Counted from the stretch's first letter, positions 26,030 through 39,267 are shown. The stretch is DNA of 52,065 nucleotides from Octopus sinensis (GCF_006345805.1 NW_021833977.1:1-52065), one strand, 5' to 3'. A program made the numbers and translations. Notes: a model not told the origin generated them from the letters alone.

Positions 26030-26499
26030 TGAGTTTCCTTTCAAATCTTCTTCTACATTCTTTTCCTGTCGTCGTTTCGTCTCTCCCCATCTAATCACCA
26101 TTCTTTTCTATCACTTTCCTTCTCTTCTAATCCTCTAGTTTTCTTTCTCTATTTCCTTCTTTCCTTTCTTCCTTCCTTCTTTCTTTATTTCCTTCCTTTG
26201 TTTCTTTCCGTCATACTTTTTCTTACTTTCACTTTCCTTCTGTGTTTCCTTCCTAATTCTTTCTTTCTGTCTTTGTTATTTTCTCTTTCTCTTTCCTTCT
26301 GTCTTTCCTTCCTAGTTCTTTCATTCTTTCATTTTTCTTTCTTTCTTGCTTACTTTCTCTTTCTTTCTCTCTTTCTGTCTTTCTTACTTTCTCTCTTTCC
26401 TTCTGTCTTGCCTTCCTACTTCTTCCTTTCTTTCTCTTTCTTTCCTTCTTTCTTCCCTTCCTTCCTTCCTTCCTTCCTTCCTTCCTTCCTTCCTCCCCA
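26030..26499. repeat. Polypyrimidine (TTTC/TTCC)n tract
   Basis: Read directly. Confidence 0.9.
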
Positions 26500-26937
26500 G
26501 TCCGTTCACTGTTGCCATCCTCCTGACAGAGGAGATAACTCCAGTGTGAATGAAAGGTGGCAGCACAATCTCCAACAAGTTCAATACTACTATCTCGGTT
26601 CACAGGCTGCAATGTTACGAGGCGGCAGAGGCTGAACGTAGCAAACACATCACCCAATACAAAAACAAAAAAATAAGATATAAAAAAAAAGAATAAAATC
26701 ATAAGCCCAAAAATAAATTTAAAATAAATAATATATATATAAACAAAAAATAATAGCAAATGTGAATCTGTGATATGATTGGTGCATGTTGTGATTTGAA
26801 GGGGTTTAATACGTCGGAGAGAGTTCAGGCTGATAAAGGGATGAGTTATGTTGGAGGGAATAGAATCTGGAAATTGTAAGTGTAGGGGAGGCAGGGAAAT
26901 GCAGTAGAAGAATGAAGAGTGCTTGATGGATATATAC

Positions 26938-27324
26938 TATTTTACTCTTTTACTTGTTTCAGTCATTTGACTGCGGCCATGCTGGAGCACCGCCTTTAGT
27001 CGAGCAAATGGACCCCGGGACTTATTCTTTGTAAGCCCAGTACTTAATCTATCGGTTTCTTTGCCCGAACCGCTAGGTGACGGGGACGTAAACACACCAG
27101 CATCGGTTGTCAAGCAATGCTAGGGGGACAAACGCACACACACACATGTATATATATACATATATACGACAGGCTTCTTTCAGTTTCCATCTACCAAATC
27201 CACTCACAAGGCTTTGGTCGGCCCGGGGCTATAGCAGAAGACACTTGCCCAAGATGCCACGCAGTGGGACTGAACCCGGAACCATGTGGTTGGTAGACAA
27301 GCTACTTACCACACAGCCACTCCT
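26938..27324 (-). mobile_element. SINE family A, full length, young
   Basis: Reverse complement of the A sequence from head to tail. Confidence 0.95.
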
Positions 27325-27675
27325 AAAAGAATTAAGATATAAACTCAAATTAGGCAATCATACTCATACATTTATAAATTCGACCTAAAATGTGTATATA
27401 TATACACAGATACATACCGACATATATGAATATTTTTTAAAATATTCGTAAAATATAAATACATATATAAATATACATAAAAATACATGTAGATATAATC
27501 CAAATGAGATACGTGTGGAAGGAAGCGTGAGAAAAAGAGGACTGATAAAAAGAGGAATGAAAGAAAAATTTGTACTGAAATTAAGAGTAGTTTTGATTAA
27601 AAGATCCATAGGGTTCGGTGTGTTTTTGTAAAAAATATATATATAAGCTATATAATTACAGTTAGAGAAGGTTCA

Positions 27676-27767
27676 CTTTCAACGGCCGTTTCTAGAGCTC
27701 ATGTCCTGGTGGAAAAAATGACTAAATCCTACAAACCATGTGGACAACGTCCCCTTCATCAGGAAAG
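27676..27767 (-). ncRNA. Type I hammerhead ribozyme motif downstream of the Penelope-like ORF
   Basis: Minus: ctttc CTGATGA [aggggac...tgtcc..tggt...acca ggaca...ctcta] GAAA cggccg TT gaaag; stem I ctttc/gaaag, palindromic stem III ACGGCCGT, GUU triplet. Confidence 0.7.
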
Positions 27768-27989
27768 GTATCCTCATAAAATTACATTCTTGGTATTTTC
27801 GATTCTGATTCTTACAGAATGATGGATATATATATAGATATATATATATATATATATATAATATATATATATATATATAAAAGAATCTTGTCCTTACGTA
27901 TGCAAATGAGTGGAGAGCATGAATGGTGGGACAAGTATATTAACCCGTTGAGGCTTAATCCTGACTAAACACAGCACGATGAAATGTTC

Positions 27990-28905
27990 TCAGTACTAAG
28001 AGCTAAAAGGTTTCAAGTTGCCGGCATTCTTCCAAATGATTCAATATGCTTGGTTCTATAATTTTTCAAGAAAGTGAAATGGAACTTATGACTACATGAG
28101 GGAATCGCATCAGAGAATTTATTTGATGTATTTAAACAAAATGATCTAAGTATAACGTACGATTCCCTTATACATAACCTGCATCTATTCGAAGTAGCAC
28201 TATAAGGGGTGAGGGGCTCTGCAATTATGGGCCAGGAAAAAGAATAATCTATATCTCCTCTTAAAATCAACAGTGTTTCCTATATGAACCTTAGTAGTTT
28301 GGTTATCTACTTTTACTGTACACATATACACCATTTGTTTCCTAAGACATGAACCGGCAAGTGGGCATGATTCAGGCACTTTACAGTTACAAGGTTTTTC
28401 TAAATTTGTTCTATCATTCATGTTATTGTCTTTTTGTTTTATTGTCTTTTAATTTTTAGGGAGTGGGTTAGCAGGATCGGTGACTACCGAAGGATTAACA
28501 TTATTAATTTGAGATTTACTTCGATTTATTATTCTAGATTTGTTCTTGTTACCAGGGCCTACATTAGGTACGTTATTAGTGTTGGAGTCCTTATTCGATT
28601 GACGTTCTATTTTACTTTTAATTATGGAAGCTACAACAGATCCTAGATTAGGCATTGCAGAAAAATCCTGATTCAGCAAAGTCTAGCATGACTAAACAAA
28701 TCCAATTCTCCTTTTACTTTTAGAGAAACAATCCAATTCTCCTTTTTCTCTTAGAGTTAAGATCTTGCCTAAGTTGTTTTTCCCGATCTTGAAAGCCACT
28801 TTTCCAAAGCACCACAAGTATTAATCAATTTGTAATAAATCTTCGATAAAATTCTCTTATTCTGCAATGCCTAATCTTGGATCTATTATAATATCTGCTC
28901 AGTGC
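27990..28905 (-). mobile_element. Penelope-like retroelement remnant (linker plus GIY-YIG endonuclease) with an inverted 5' segment
   Basis: Minus pieces FSAMPNLGSVV, CNCKVPESCPLAGSCL, VYMC, HIGNT, FKRRY, WPII, PYS..SNRCRLC..E, CSHK; plus-strand 28741-28902 PFSLRVK...FPKHHKY*SICNKSSIKFSYSAMPNLGSII. Confidence 0.88.
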
Positions 28906-28948
28906 TTCCCTTCAATCAAGGGAGGTTACAGAACCAGAAACGCGCATG

Positions 28949-28994
<46 letters not shown>

Positions 28995-29005
<11 letters not shown>

Positions 29006-29210
29006 TTTGTTTGTGTGTCTGTGATTGGCCCCACCATCGCTTGACAACCGATGTTGGTGTGTTTACGTCTCCGTAACTTAGCGGTTCGGCAAAATGGACG
29101 GATAGAATAAGTACTGGGCTTACAAAGAATAATTCCTTGGGTCGATTTGTTCGAGTAAATACGGTACTCCAACATGGCCGCAGTCAAATGATTGAAATAA
29201 GTAAAAGAAT
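28995..29210 (+). mobile_element. SINE family A 3' half
   Basis: ttgacaaccgatgttggtgtgtttacg...catggccgcagtcaaatga. Confidence 0.9.
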
Positions 29211-29249
29211 AGAAGAAGATAACTTAATTATGATATTGATAATAATATT

Positions 29250-29405
29250 GGCAAAATTTGGCACAAAACCAGGGGCAGCATGTTCGGGTGGCAGGTTAAG
29301 ATGATAATATCGACCACGACGGAATTTGAAATGTGAACATAAAGACGGACGAAATGCTGCAGAGAATATTGCCGGCCGTGCTAACGATTCTGTCAACTCG
29401 TTGCG
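29250..29405 (-). mobile_element. SINE-like family B, diverged
   Basis: cggaatttgaa...gacggacgaaatgc...cgtgctaacgattctgtcaactcg. Confidence 0.7.
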
Positions 29406-29409
29406 CAGC

Positions 29410-29438
29410 TTATAATAATAATAATAATAATAATAATG

Positions 29439-29499
<61 letters not shown>

Positions 29500-29594
29500 T
29501 AATAATAATAATAATATTAATAATATAATAATAATAATAATACTAATAACAATAATAATAATAATAATGATAATACTAATACTAATAATTAATT

Positions 29595-29625
<31 letters not shown>

Positions 29626-29703
29626 TGATGATGATGATGACGACGACGATGACAATAACGATGATGACGATGACAATGATGATGATGATGATGATGGTGA
29701 TGG

Positions 29704-29739
<36 letters not shown>

Positions 29740-29773
29740 CGACGATGATGAAGAGAGTGAGGATGAATATGGA

Positions 29774-29840
<67 letters not shown>

Positions 29841-30045
29841 ATGATGACGACAACGACGACGGCACCGATGGTGATGTTATTGTTGATGATGACGATGATA
29901 ACGGTGTCGATAAATGGTGTGACGTCGATGATGATGACGATGACGATGGCGATCACGGTCAACAAGAAAACAAACGGCAACGACCACCACGACGACGATG
30001 ACGATGATGACGACGATGATGACGATGGTGATTATGATGATAATG
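29410..30045. repeat. (AAT)n and (GAT)n compound microsatellite
   Basis: Read directly; source of the poly-N/poly-D ORF 29333-30001. Confidence 0.96.
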
Positions 30046-31113
30046 AGGAAGAGATGGTGGGGTGGGGTGGGGGTGGACCAATGAACAAAGAAACAAAAAA
30101 AAACAAAATAAATCTAATATCAATAATGAATTCGCCTTTAGTTTCTAATTAGTAGAAGTTTTTATCATCTGCCAGACCAACAAGTAGTGTTCTGTAAACC
30201 GTTTGATGTTGGAACTGTGTTAGTCACAGACGGGGCAAAAATATATTAAGCGAGGGGCCAGCGGGGTGGTGGTGGGGGTCTAAACGAGGTGTCTCTAAGC
30301 ATATATACACACATATATATACGTATATATATGTTTCATACACACGCACGTATTTACAAATTTGGGCACACAAAACCACATACACATATATATCTATCCA
30401 TATATATATATATACTATATATATATATATATATATATATACGTACATATACAAGTCTGTATGTAGATGTATGCATATACTTATTTACGAGTATATACAT
30501 ATACCAATTTATATATATAAGTAAATATATATTTTGTACGTGAGTGTATGGAGGTATGTATGTGTATATAAGTCCATATATGAGTCTTTGTATGTATATA
30601 TAAATGGCTTAAACTGCGAATGCGTTTCTTTTCAGATTCGTAACAAAACGTAATTACTAAAATATTAAAAAAATTATGCAAAAAGAAAAGAAAATGAAAA
30701 AATCACAAAGACCCTTATAACCAAATATCTACATACGAAACTACCTGCTTGCTTGCATACATATATACATATCCATGTGTATATATATATATATATATGC
30801 ATGTATGTATATATATATATATATATATACATACATATATATATGTCTATTAACTCTTTCATATATAATCTATATCTATTCGTATATAGATTATATGTAG
30901 AGATATATATGTCATATATATATATATATATATATATATATGCTATATATATATATATATATTATATATACACAGCATACACATATGCGCGCGCATGTAT
31001 ATTCCTGTATATATGCATATACATTAAAAACAGATGAAAGTCGAAAGTGATATTTTTGTTAATGAGGTGATTGAAGGAAGAATATAACAATAACAAGGAC
31101 GACGACGACGACG

Positions 31114-31147
<34 letters not shown>

Positions 31148-31172
31148 AACAATAATAATAATAATGATAATA

Positions 31173-31203
<31 letters not shown>

Positions 31204-31216
31204 TAATGATAATATG

Positions 31217-31252
<36 letters not shown>

Positions 31253-31254
31253 TA

Positions 31255-31285
<31 letters not shown>

Positions 31286-31726
31286 AAATAATGATAATAA
31301 TAATAATAATAACAGCAATAATAATGATAATAGTATATGGAGACGAAATGAGAATTACATGCAAGCGGGGAAGGGGTTAACGAAAGAAATGAAAAAAAGA
31401 GAGAGAGCGAATGAGAGGGGGAATCAGTAAGGAATTGAAAGATTGGGAATGAAATGAAGTATAAGGAATTATGGGGTGTTAAGGAATAAAGTTCTATAGA
31501 AAACACAGGAAATCATGAAAGAAGTTTGAATGAAAGGAAGGAAAAAGGAAACGCTGAATAAGGCTTGCGAAGGAAGAAAAAAGAAAAACAAGAAACGAAG
31601 CGATGTTTTGTATACTTACATACACACATACAAACACACACATATACATATATACATATACACACACAAAGATATATATGTATTTACATATATAGTCAAT
31701 TGTGTACATATATGCATACATATATT

Positions 31727-31773
<47 letters not shown>

Positions 31774-33499
31774 CCGTTAATATCATATATATTGACATTA
31801 ATCTTTCTCTTTCTCTCTATATTAATACTCTCTCTCTCTTTCTCTCTCTTGCTTTTACTACTCTGTGAGTGTGTATGTGTATGTGTATATATATGTATAT
31901 ATATATATATATACATATATATACATATATATATATATGTGTGTGTGTGTATGTGTGTGTGTGTGTGTGGTTTGTGTGTGTGGTCTATGTTTATATATAT
32001 ATGTATATATGTATATATATGTATATATATATATTTAAGCGTATATATATGTGTGTGTGTTTACCTATTAGTATAATAGATGTAGTATAATATACACATA
32101 TATGGATATATATCGTTAATACTTCACATGCACACACACACAACAGATTAAGAAAAAACTGTAAAAAAACCTATAGACAAAATTAAAATTGGAAGCGTAT
32201 TGTTATAAAAAAAAAGAGCCGCACAATGTGTGTGTTGAAAACCATTATTTTGTAAATTCATTAAGAATGCCGCAAACAGATGGCTGGCTTTGATTGGTAT
32301 TAGTTAGAACATGGTAATTAAAACAATCACCAGCTTCTGTGTGGCACACCGCAGCGCCTCCTTTCTCACCGATTTATTTTAGCGATGTATGTCGGATATT
32401 ATCCTTTATGGTAGAGGAGTGTGGTAAGGAGACTCTCTTCTTCCAGTGTTGTTCATTGCTTGTATATATTCTATGTATTTGTGTGTGTGTGTGTGTTTAT
32501 GCTGGTTTATATGTATATTGTGTTACTCGATATCTATTGGTTAACGTGGTTAATGAAAGGTTAATTAAAAGTCAAAACGTATTCGGTCGATCTAAACTTT
32601 CTCTTCTACTTCTCTGTCTTTGTTTTCTGTATTTTATCAATTTTTTTTTTTTTGGTTTTCTTTTATTTTTCATCTCTTCGAAAGTGGAATATTCGAGAAT
32701 CAAGTTATTAGTGGACACAATGATACACCAAAGAAATAATTTAATAAATAATTATAAATTAAAGCAAAAGAAGAAAAAAATAAAAAAATAAAATTATATA
32801 TGCCTTTTAAAACTTCAAAACTGATATCTATCACAAGAATAATCTCGGAAATTCATCTGCGACAGAGAGGGGAGTAGGGAGAGAGAGAGAGGGGGAACAG
32901 GGAGAGAGAAGTAGGAGAGAGAAAATGGTAGTGAGAGAGTGAAATGGAAAAGCGAAAACAAATTAGTTTAAGGTTTTAGACATCAATAGGTTCTTCACAA
33001 ATGTGAAACTTGAAAAACTATAAACTCTAGGTTCAATTCTTGTTAAGAGATAACGCAATGCGGCAAACTGGCGGCGTCGAAACAAGGAGTGGGATGTGTT
33101 TCGACTCTCTGCACTTTGAGTTCAAATTCAGCCGATGTTGACTTTGTCTCATATAATTTCAGGGCCGATAAAAATGTATCTAAACGAAACGGTCGTTTAG
33201 CGGATCGGTTTAAAGGATCAAGAATGGTACTTTGACGTTGTGGTACCCTTGACACTGGTGCCAAGCTGGATCAACGTTAAAGAGGTTCTGTTCCTTTGGA
33301 TAAACATCGGGGCATACAGAGTTGAGACCTGCATGCATGGTTAACTGCTAGTTTTCTTAAAGAAAAAAGGAGAAATGCTAGACCAGACCTGCGTGCACAT
33401 GTGCTGACCAAAGGTCAACTTTAGTGGATGGAAGCTCTTACAATTAATGCTTATATCTACATCTCATGTAATAAGCCTTTCAAAGTTTGGCACAAGACC

Positions 33500-33895
33500 A
33501 GCAATTTCGTGGGAGCGGGTAAGAGGATTACATGAACTGGTACATATGTTATCGGTACCGAATGGATGAAAGGCGAAGTCGACCTCGATGGCATTAGAAC
33601 CCTGAACGTGAAATCGGAGGAAAAGCTGTGAAGCGTTTCTGTCGATGCGCTAAAGATTCTGCCCTCTCGCCACATTAATAATCCTTTCTACTTAAAACTA
33701 CAAGGCCTGAAATTTGGTGGGAGGGGGCTAAGTCGATTACATCAACCCCAGAACTCAACTGGTACTTATTTCATCGACCCCCAAAGAATTAAAGGTAAAG
33801 TCTACATCGGCGGAATTTGAACTCAGAACATAAAGTCGGACGAAATGCATCTAAGCATTTGCCCGGTGTGCTAACAATTTTGCCAGCTCGCCGCA
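33500..33895 (-). mobile_element. Two adjacent SINE-like family B copies
   Basis: B body motifs repeated at about 33530-33660 and 33690-33895. Confidence 0.8.
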
Positions 33896-33989
33896 CTAAT
33901 ATCTTACATATTAATGAAGTCAGGATATTTAGAGGAAAATATAGCTGATTAATTTTATAAGCATTTATTTTATCGATCCTACCCCAGAG

Positions 33990-34660
33990 AGATAAAACAA
34001 CAACGGTTCGCTCACCAGGATCAGGTATCACAGTATAAAATACCTTAATTAAATACAGGAAGGCGGTTTATCTGATCTATATCAAGGTTTCCGATCATCT
34101 GTTATCAGTCATCACCTTGTTCGACATTGCAGTGGGATTTACCACACACTGAGTTCACCCACGACCCTTAATTTCGTCCTATACTCCACCAAAGTTTGCT
34201 TCCAGATGTAATCACTGCGAACATAAAAACTGTCGGTTGTCACCCTCTGCCATCGTCTTATCCAAAACATTACGAATATTTACAACCCCCCGATTATCTC
34301 ATTGTCTAATTTCGACCGAGGTTTGCCTCTCTTTGACATAATTTTGACTTGTATTGCACCGACATTTTCCACCCACCTCCCTTATTTTATCCCCCACATT
34401 GATCCGATATTTCCCAGCAAACACAATGACCTGCACTGCACCAATACATACTCTCCATCCGTATGATATTGTTCCACGCTTCGCGAGATTTGCCACCAAC
34501 CGCCCTTATTGTATCCATTGAGGTTTCTCATTGGTGCATTTTTACTGTAAATGTTGGATTATCTTTCGATCTCGACGGCGAGCATTCGGTTGTTCGAAAA
34601 GCTGAATTTTTGTTCGTGAAATTAACTTCTAAGTGGCCGAGTATTCCAGGTAGGTGTGAA
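33990..34660. other. Unique-looking island, possibly a highly decayed LINE RT segment
   Basis: Faint plus-strand resemblance to RT motifs (LILSPTL..; NCRLSPSAIVLSK), but the motif spacing does not fit. Confidence 0.2.
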
Positions 34661-35284
34661 AATGTAACTTAGTTTTGAAGCCGAATCGGCGTTAGATAAA
34701 GTGAAAAAAGCTTGGTCCTTGAAGTAAAGGTACACTCCAGTGAAAGAGGGGGAGAGAGGTAAAGGTGGAGAGAGGGAGAGAGGGAGAGATGGAGGGAGAA
34801 AGAGAAGGAGAGAGGGAAAGATGAGGAGAGATATATAGAGACAGAAAGAAGAGAGAGGGAGAGAGGGAAAAGAGGAGAGAGGCAGAGAGGCAGAGATGGA
34901 GAGAGAGAGAGAGATGGAGATGGGAAAGAGAAACCGGAAGAGAGGGAGAAACTTACCCAGAAAGGGATCAACGATACTTATACCAAATACTTTATACCCT
35001 GAAAGGATGCAGCGCGTTGGTACCCTCGGCAAGATTTGAACTCAGAAAGCGCAGAGAGCAGGAACGAATACCGCTAGAGATTCTATTCAAATCTTTGGCG
35101 TCTCTGGAAATTCGACAGGGGGATCTTTGTTATTGCTGTTGTATCATAAATGCACTGGATTTGTAGAACATTTAGAGCGTCGAACAAAATGCATCGCGGT
35201 ATTTGGTGCGACAGAGGCAGGTTTAATACCAAAGGGTTATATTATATATATATAACGTGCTGCATATATATATATATATATATA

Positions 35285-35493
35285 TTACTCTTTTACTCTT
35301 TTACTTGTTTCAGTCATTTGACGGCGGCCATGCTGGAGCACCGCCTTTTGTCGAGCAAATCGACCCCGGGACTTATTCTTTGTAAGCCCAGTACTTATTC
35401 TATCGGTCTCTTTTGCCGAACCGCTAAGTAACGGGGACGTAAACACACCAGTATCGGTTGTCAAGCAATGCTAGGGGGACAAACACAAACACA

Positions 35494-35543
<50 letters not shown>

Positions 35544-35700
35544 CGATAGGCTTCTTTCAGTTTCCGTCTACCAAATCCACTCACAAGGCATTGGTCGGCC
35601 CGGGGCTATAGCAGAAGACACTTGCCCAAGATGCCACGCAGTGGGACTGAACCCGGAACCATGTGGTTGGTTAGCAAGCTACTTACCACACAGCCACTCC
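35285..35700 (-). mobile_element. SINE family A, full length, young
   Basis: Matches the 25308 and 26938 copies. Confidence 0.95.
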
Positions 35701-35804
35701 GGGAAAACATGTTTCCAAATCAATCAAGTGTAACCCTACAGCGTTATATGTATCTACATAATATACTTTGGGGGTGTTACTTATCGTATATTTATTTTAT
35801 CATC

Positions 35805-35991
35805 ATCATCATCCTACCCACCAACAACATCAGCATCAGCATCAGCAAGAACGACAAAAAACGCCATCACTGTAAACAGCACCACTATCATCATCATCGT
35901 CGCCGAATCATCACCACCACCACCACCACCACCACCATCACCACCACCACCACCACCACCACCAACAACAACAACATCATCACCATAATCG

Positions 35992-36044
<53 letters not shown>

Positions 36045-36190
36045 GTCATCATCGTCATCATCATCATCATCATCATCATCAACAACAACAGCAACAGCAA
36101 TAGCTCCATGTACCACAAAACGCGGACAAGCACAGCAACAGCAAAACGAAGACTACCATCGCGACCGCCATCATGTACAACAACCTCCGC
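35805..36190. repeat. (CAT)/(CAC) trinucleotide repeat
   Basis: Read directly. Confidence 0.95.
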
Positions 36191-36339
36191 CGTAAATAAC
36201 ACCTTTAAGAAGAAGAAGAAAATAATGATATGTAAATATATGCAGAAGTACCTGCGATTGTGCACATGCGTTCGTGTCACTGTTTCTCTTTTGCTCTGTG
36301 TAAGCGTGCGTGCGCGCGTGTGTATTTGTATGTGTGTAA

Positions 36340-36760
36340 GGCGTCGAGCTGGCAGAAACGTTAGCACGCCGGGCGAAATGCTTAGCAGTACTTCTTCTGT
36401 CTTTATGTTCTGAGTTCAAATTCCGCCGATGTCGACATTGCATTTCATCCTTTCGGGGCCGATAAATTAAGTACCAGTTACGCACTGCGGTCGATGTAAT
36501 CGACTTAATCCCTTTGTCTGACCTTGTTTATCCCCTCCATGTTTAGTCCCTTGTGGACAATAAAGAAATATGAAACGATAGCACGCCGGGCGAAATACTT
36601 TTCGTCTGTCTTCGTGTTCTGAGTTCAAATTCCGTCGAGATCGACTTTGCCTTTAATTCTTTCGAGGTAAATAAATTAAGTACCAGTTGCGTACTGGGGT
36701 CGATCTAATCTACTGGCTTCCTCCCCAAAAATTTCGTCCCCTGTGCCTAGTGGAGAAAAA
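36340..36760 (+). mobile_element. SINE-like family B dimer
   Basis: The second body restarts at gaaacgatagcacgcc right after the tail gacaataaagaaatat. Confidence 0.88.
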
Positions 36761-36815
36761 AATATATGTATGTGTGTTCAAGCGTGTGTATTTGTGCGTA
36801 TATATGTGAATGTAT

Positions 36816-37065
36816 AGATGGGCTGGACACGTTGCCCGGCTCACAGATAATCGGTGGACGCACGCAGTTGTCGAGTGGTACCCGCGTGAGCGGAAAAGAC
36901 CACCCGGAAGACCTCCACGACGGTGGAGTGACGATTTCAAGAGGACGATTGGGATCACGTGGATGAGAAAGGCGCGATCCAGAGAGGAGTGGACAGCGTG
37001 CTGTGACCAGCGATGTCAAATGGACGCCTGACGGACTGGTCGGTCAAAGTGATCAAAGTGAAGTG
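36816..37065 (+). mobile_element. 5'-truncated RTE-clade LINE 3' end with 14-bp TSD
   Basis: Open frame RWAGHVARLTDNRWTHAVVEWYPRERKRPPGRPPRRWSDD...W; atatgtgaatgtat at 36802-36815 and 37066-37079. Confidence 0.93.
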
Positions 37066-38405
37066 ATATGTGAATGTATGTGTGAGTATTTTGCCTATGT
37101 CTATGTGTTTGTAAGTGCCTATGTTTGTGTATATGCGTATGTCTCTCTCTCTCACCCCCTCTCTCTTCCTCTCTGTCTCTCTCTTTCTCTGTCTCTCTGT
37201 CTCTCTCTTTCTCTGTCTCTCTGTCTCTCTCTTTCTCTGTCTCTCTGTCTCTCTCTCTCTGTATGTACATTGTTTGTGCATGTGAGTGCGGGAACGTTCG
37301 TGAGTAGTTTTGCGAATGCCTGGGTTTGTGTTTGTGTGTGTACGTTTGTATGTATTTATCCCTGTGCATGTTTCTGTTTATATGTGGTATATGTGCGTGT
37401 GTTTATGTGTGTTTGTCGTATCTGTGTATTTATGTATGTTTCTGTATGTGCGAATGTTTGTATGCGTCTGGAATTGATACCAATGCCTGATGAAAGATTG
37501 GTTAATAATCCATTCCTTTCACCTTCAATCGGTGTTTAATAGACGAGAAGAGATCTTTATCAAGAGGAAAGGTGTGCTAAACACTCTCCCTTCCCCTTCT
37601 CACGTCTGTAATATGATAAAAATCAAGCTTGTTATTTGAACCCACGATAACATCTTGCCCCCAAAAGGGGACATCACTCTATTAGATACTCGTTCATATT
37701 AGCTTATTTATTTATCTATCTATTTATTTATTTATTAAGGCAACGTTCAAATGTTAAAGGCGGCACCTGTGACCATTCTTTCACCCAGGACGTCTACAAC
37801 AGGTGAAGGGAACGATAGGAAGAATGAATAGGGAACGTTGGTGGTTTTACAGCCCGACAATTAGAAGCAACAAAAATAAATAGATAAATAAATAAATTAA
37901 TTAATTAATTAAATTTATGATGTGTGGTCTCATCTCTTTTAAGTGTTCCAGTCACCGCGCTGTGGCCATGCTGGGGCACCGCTTAGAAAAGTGTATGCGA
38001 ACAAATCGAAGCAGCACTAATTTTTTAAAGTCTGTTCACATTCTGTTGTAGTCTTTTGCTGAATAGCTATATTAGGGTTAGGGTTAAGGTGTTCATCCAT
38101 CCTCCGACAGATTTTTTTTCACTCTGAAAAGTGTCCAACGGAATCCACTCTGCAGACGCAGTAGACTTTCTGGAGTTGCCGATTTAGAAGCCGGCAATGC
38201 CAAAAGTCGTACTGGATTATATGCTACTTTTAGGACTAAGAGTCACTTCTGACACTTCTCTCTCTCTCTCTTTCTATTTCTCTCTCTCTCTCTCTCTCTC
38301 TTTCTATTTCTCTCTCTCTCTCTCTCTTTCTATTTCTCTCTCTCTCCCTCTCACTCTGTCACACACATACACTTGTATGTGTATGTATGTATGTATGTAC
38401 ATATA

Positions 38406-38447
<42 letters not shown>

Positions 38448-38505
38448 CTAAAATACACACGTGACTATGTGAGCACATATGCATGCATGTACACACACAC
38501 TCACA

Positions 38506-38549
<44 letters not shown>

Positions 38550-38869
38550 TACACATACACAAACATTAGCTCATTAAAAATATGACATGTCACAACTTGT
38601 CTGTAGGCATATATCACCTAGTCCATTAATTAATATAGTAACGTTGCTCGGTCGTATTTAGCTCCCAGAATTCCACTTCCTGTAAAATGATTGCAGCTTT
38701 AATTAATAAGTTACTGCACATAATGAGGTAGTAATAGCTGTTGATGTTGTTGTTGTTGTTGTTGCGGATGTTGGGGTTATTTAACACCAGGTTGGCAATT
38801 GCAAGCTAACCCAGGATTAACTGCTGTCCATGTTTTATACAAATTGTAATTTTGTAATTTTGGTAAATA

Positions 38870-39211
38870 CCTGAGACCCACTTCGGTCATGACTGACCAT
38901 GGGATTGCACCTAGAAAGTTACCCTCCCAGGCACAAGTACGGGCAAGGTCGTTTATGGAAGACCTTCAGTCACCCATGCATACCAGCTTCCCCTCTACAC
39001 ACCACTGATGTTATCCAAGGGAAAGGCTAAGGCCGATACAGCTTGGCATCCGTGTCGTCGCAACTCATTTCTACAGCTGAATGAACTGGAGCAACATGAA
39101 ATAAAGTGTCTTGCTCAAGAACACAGCACGTAGCCCGGTCCGGGATTCGAGCTCACAACCTCACGATCGTAAGTTCGATGCTCGAACCACTGAGCCATGC
39201 GCCTTCACTCT
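38870..39211 (-). mobile_element. tRNA-derived SINE family C, full length, 12-bp TSD
   Basis: Head ggcgcatggctcagtggttcgagc...gctcgaatccc; ttttggtaaata at 38858-38869 and 39212-39223. Confidence 0.92.
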
Positions 39212-39267
39212 TTTTGGTAAATATATGTGTTTTACTCTAAAATATCTTGAAATACTAAAGAGTGAAT

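Noticed and set aside
37470-37520. Hammerhead at cctgatgaaagattgg
   Set aside because: CTGATGA is present but no downstream GAAA/UH and no stem I partner in register.
38070-38092. Interstitial telomere (ttagggttagggtta)
   Set aside because: Only about two units; more likely part of a repeat or chance.
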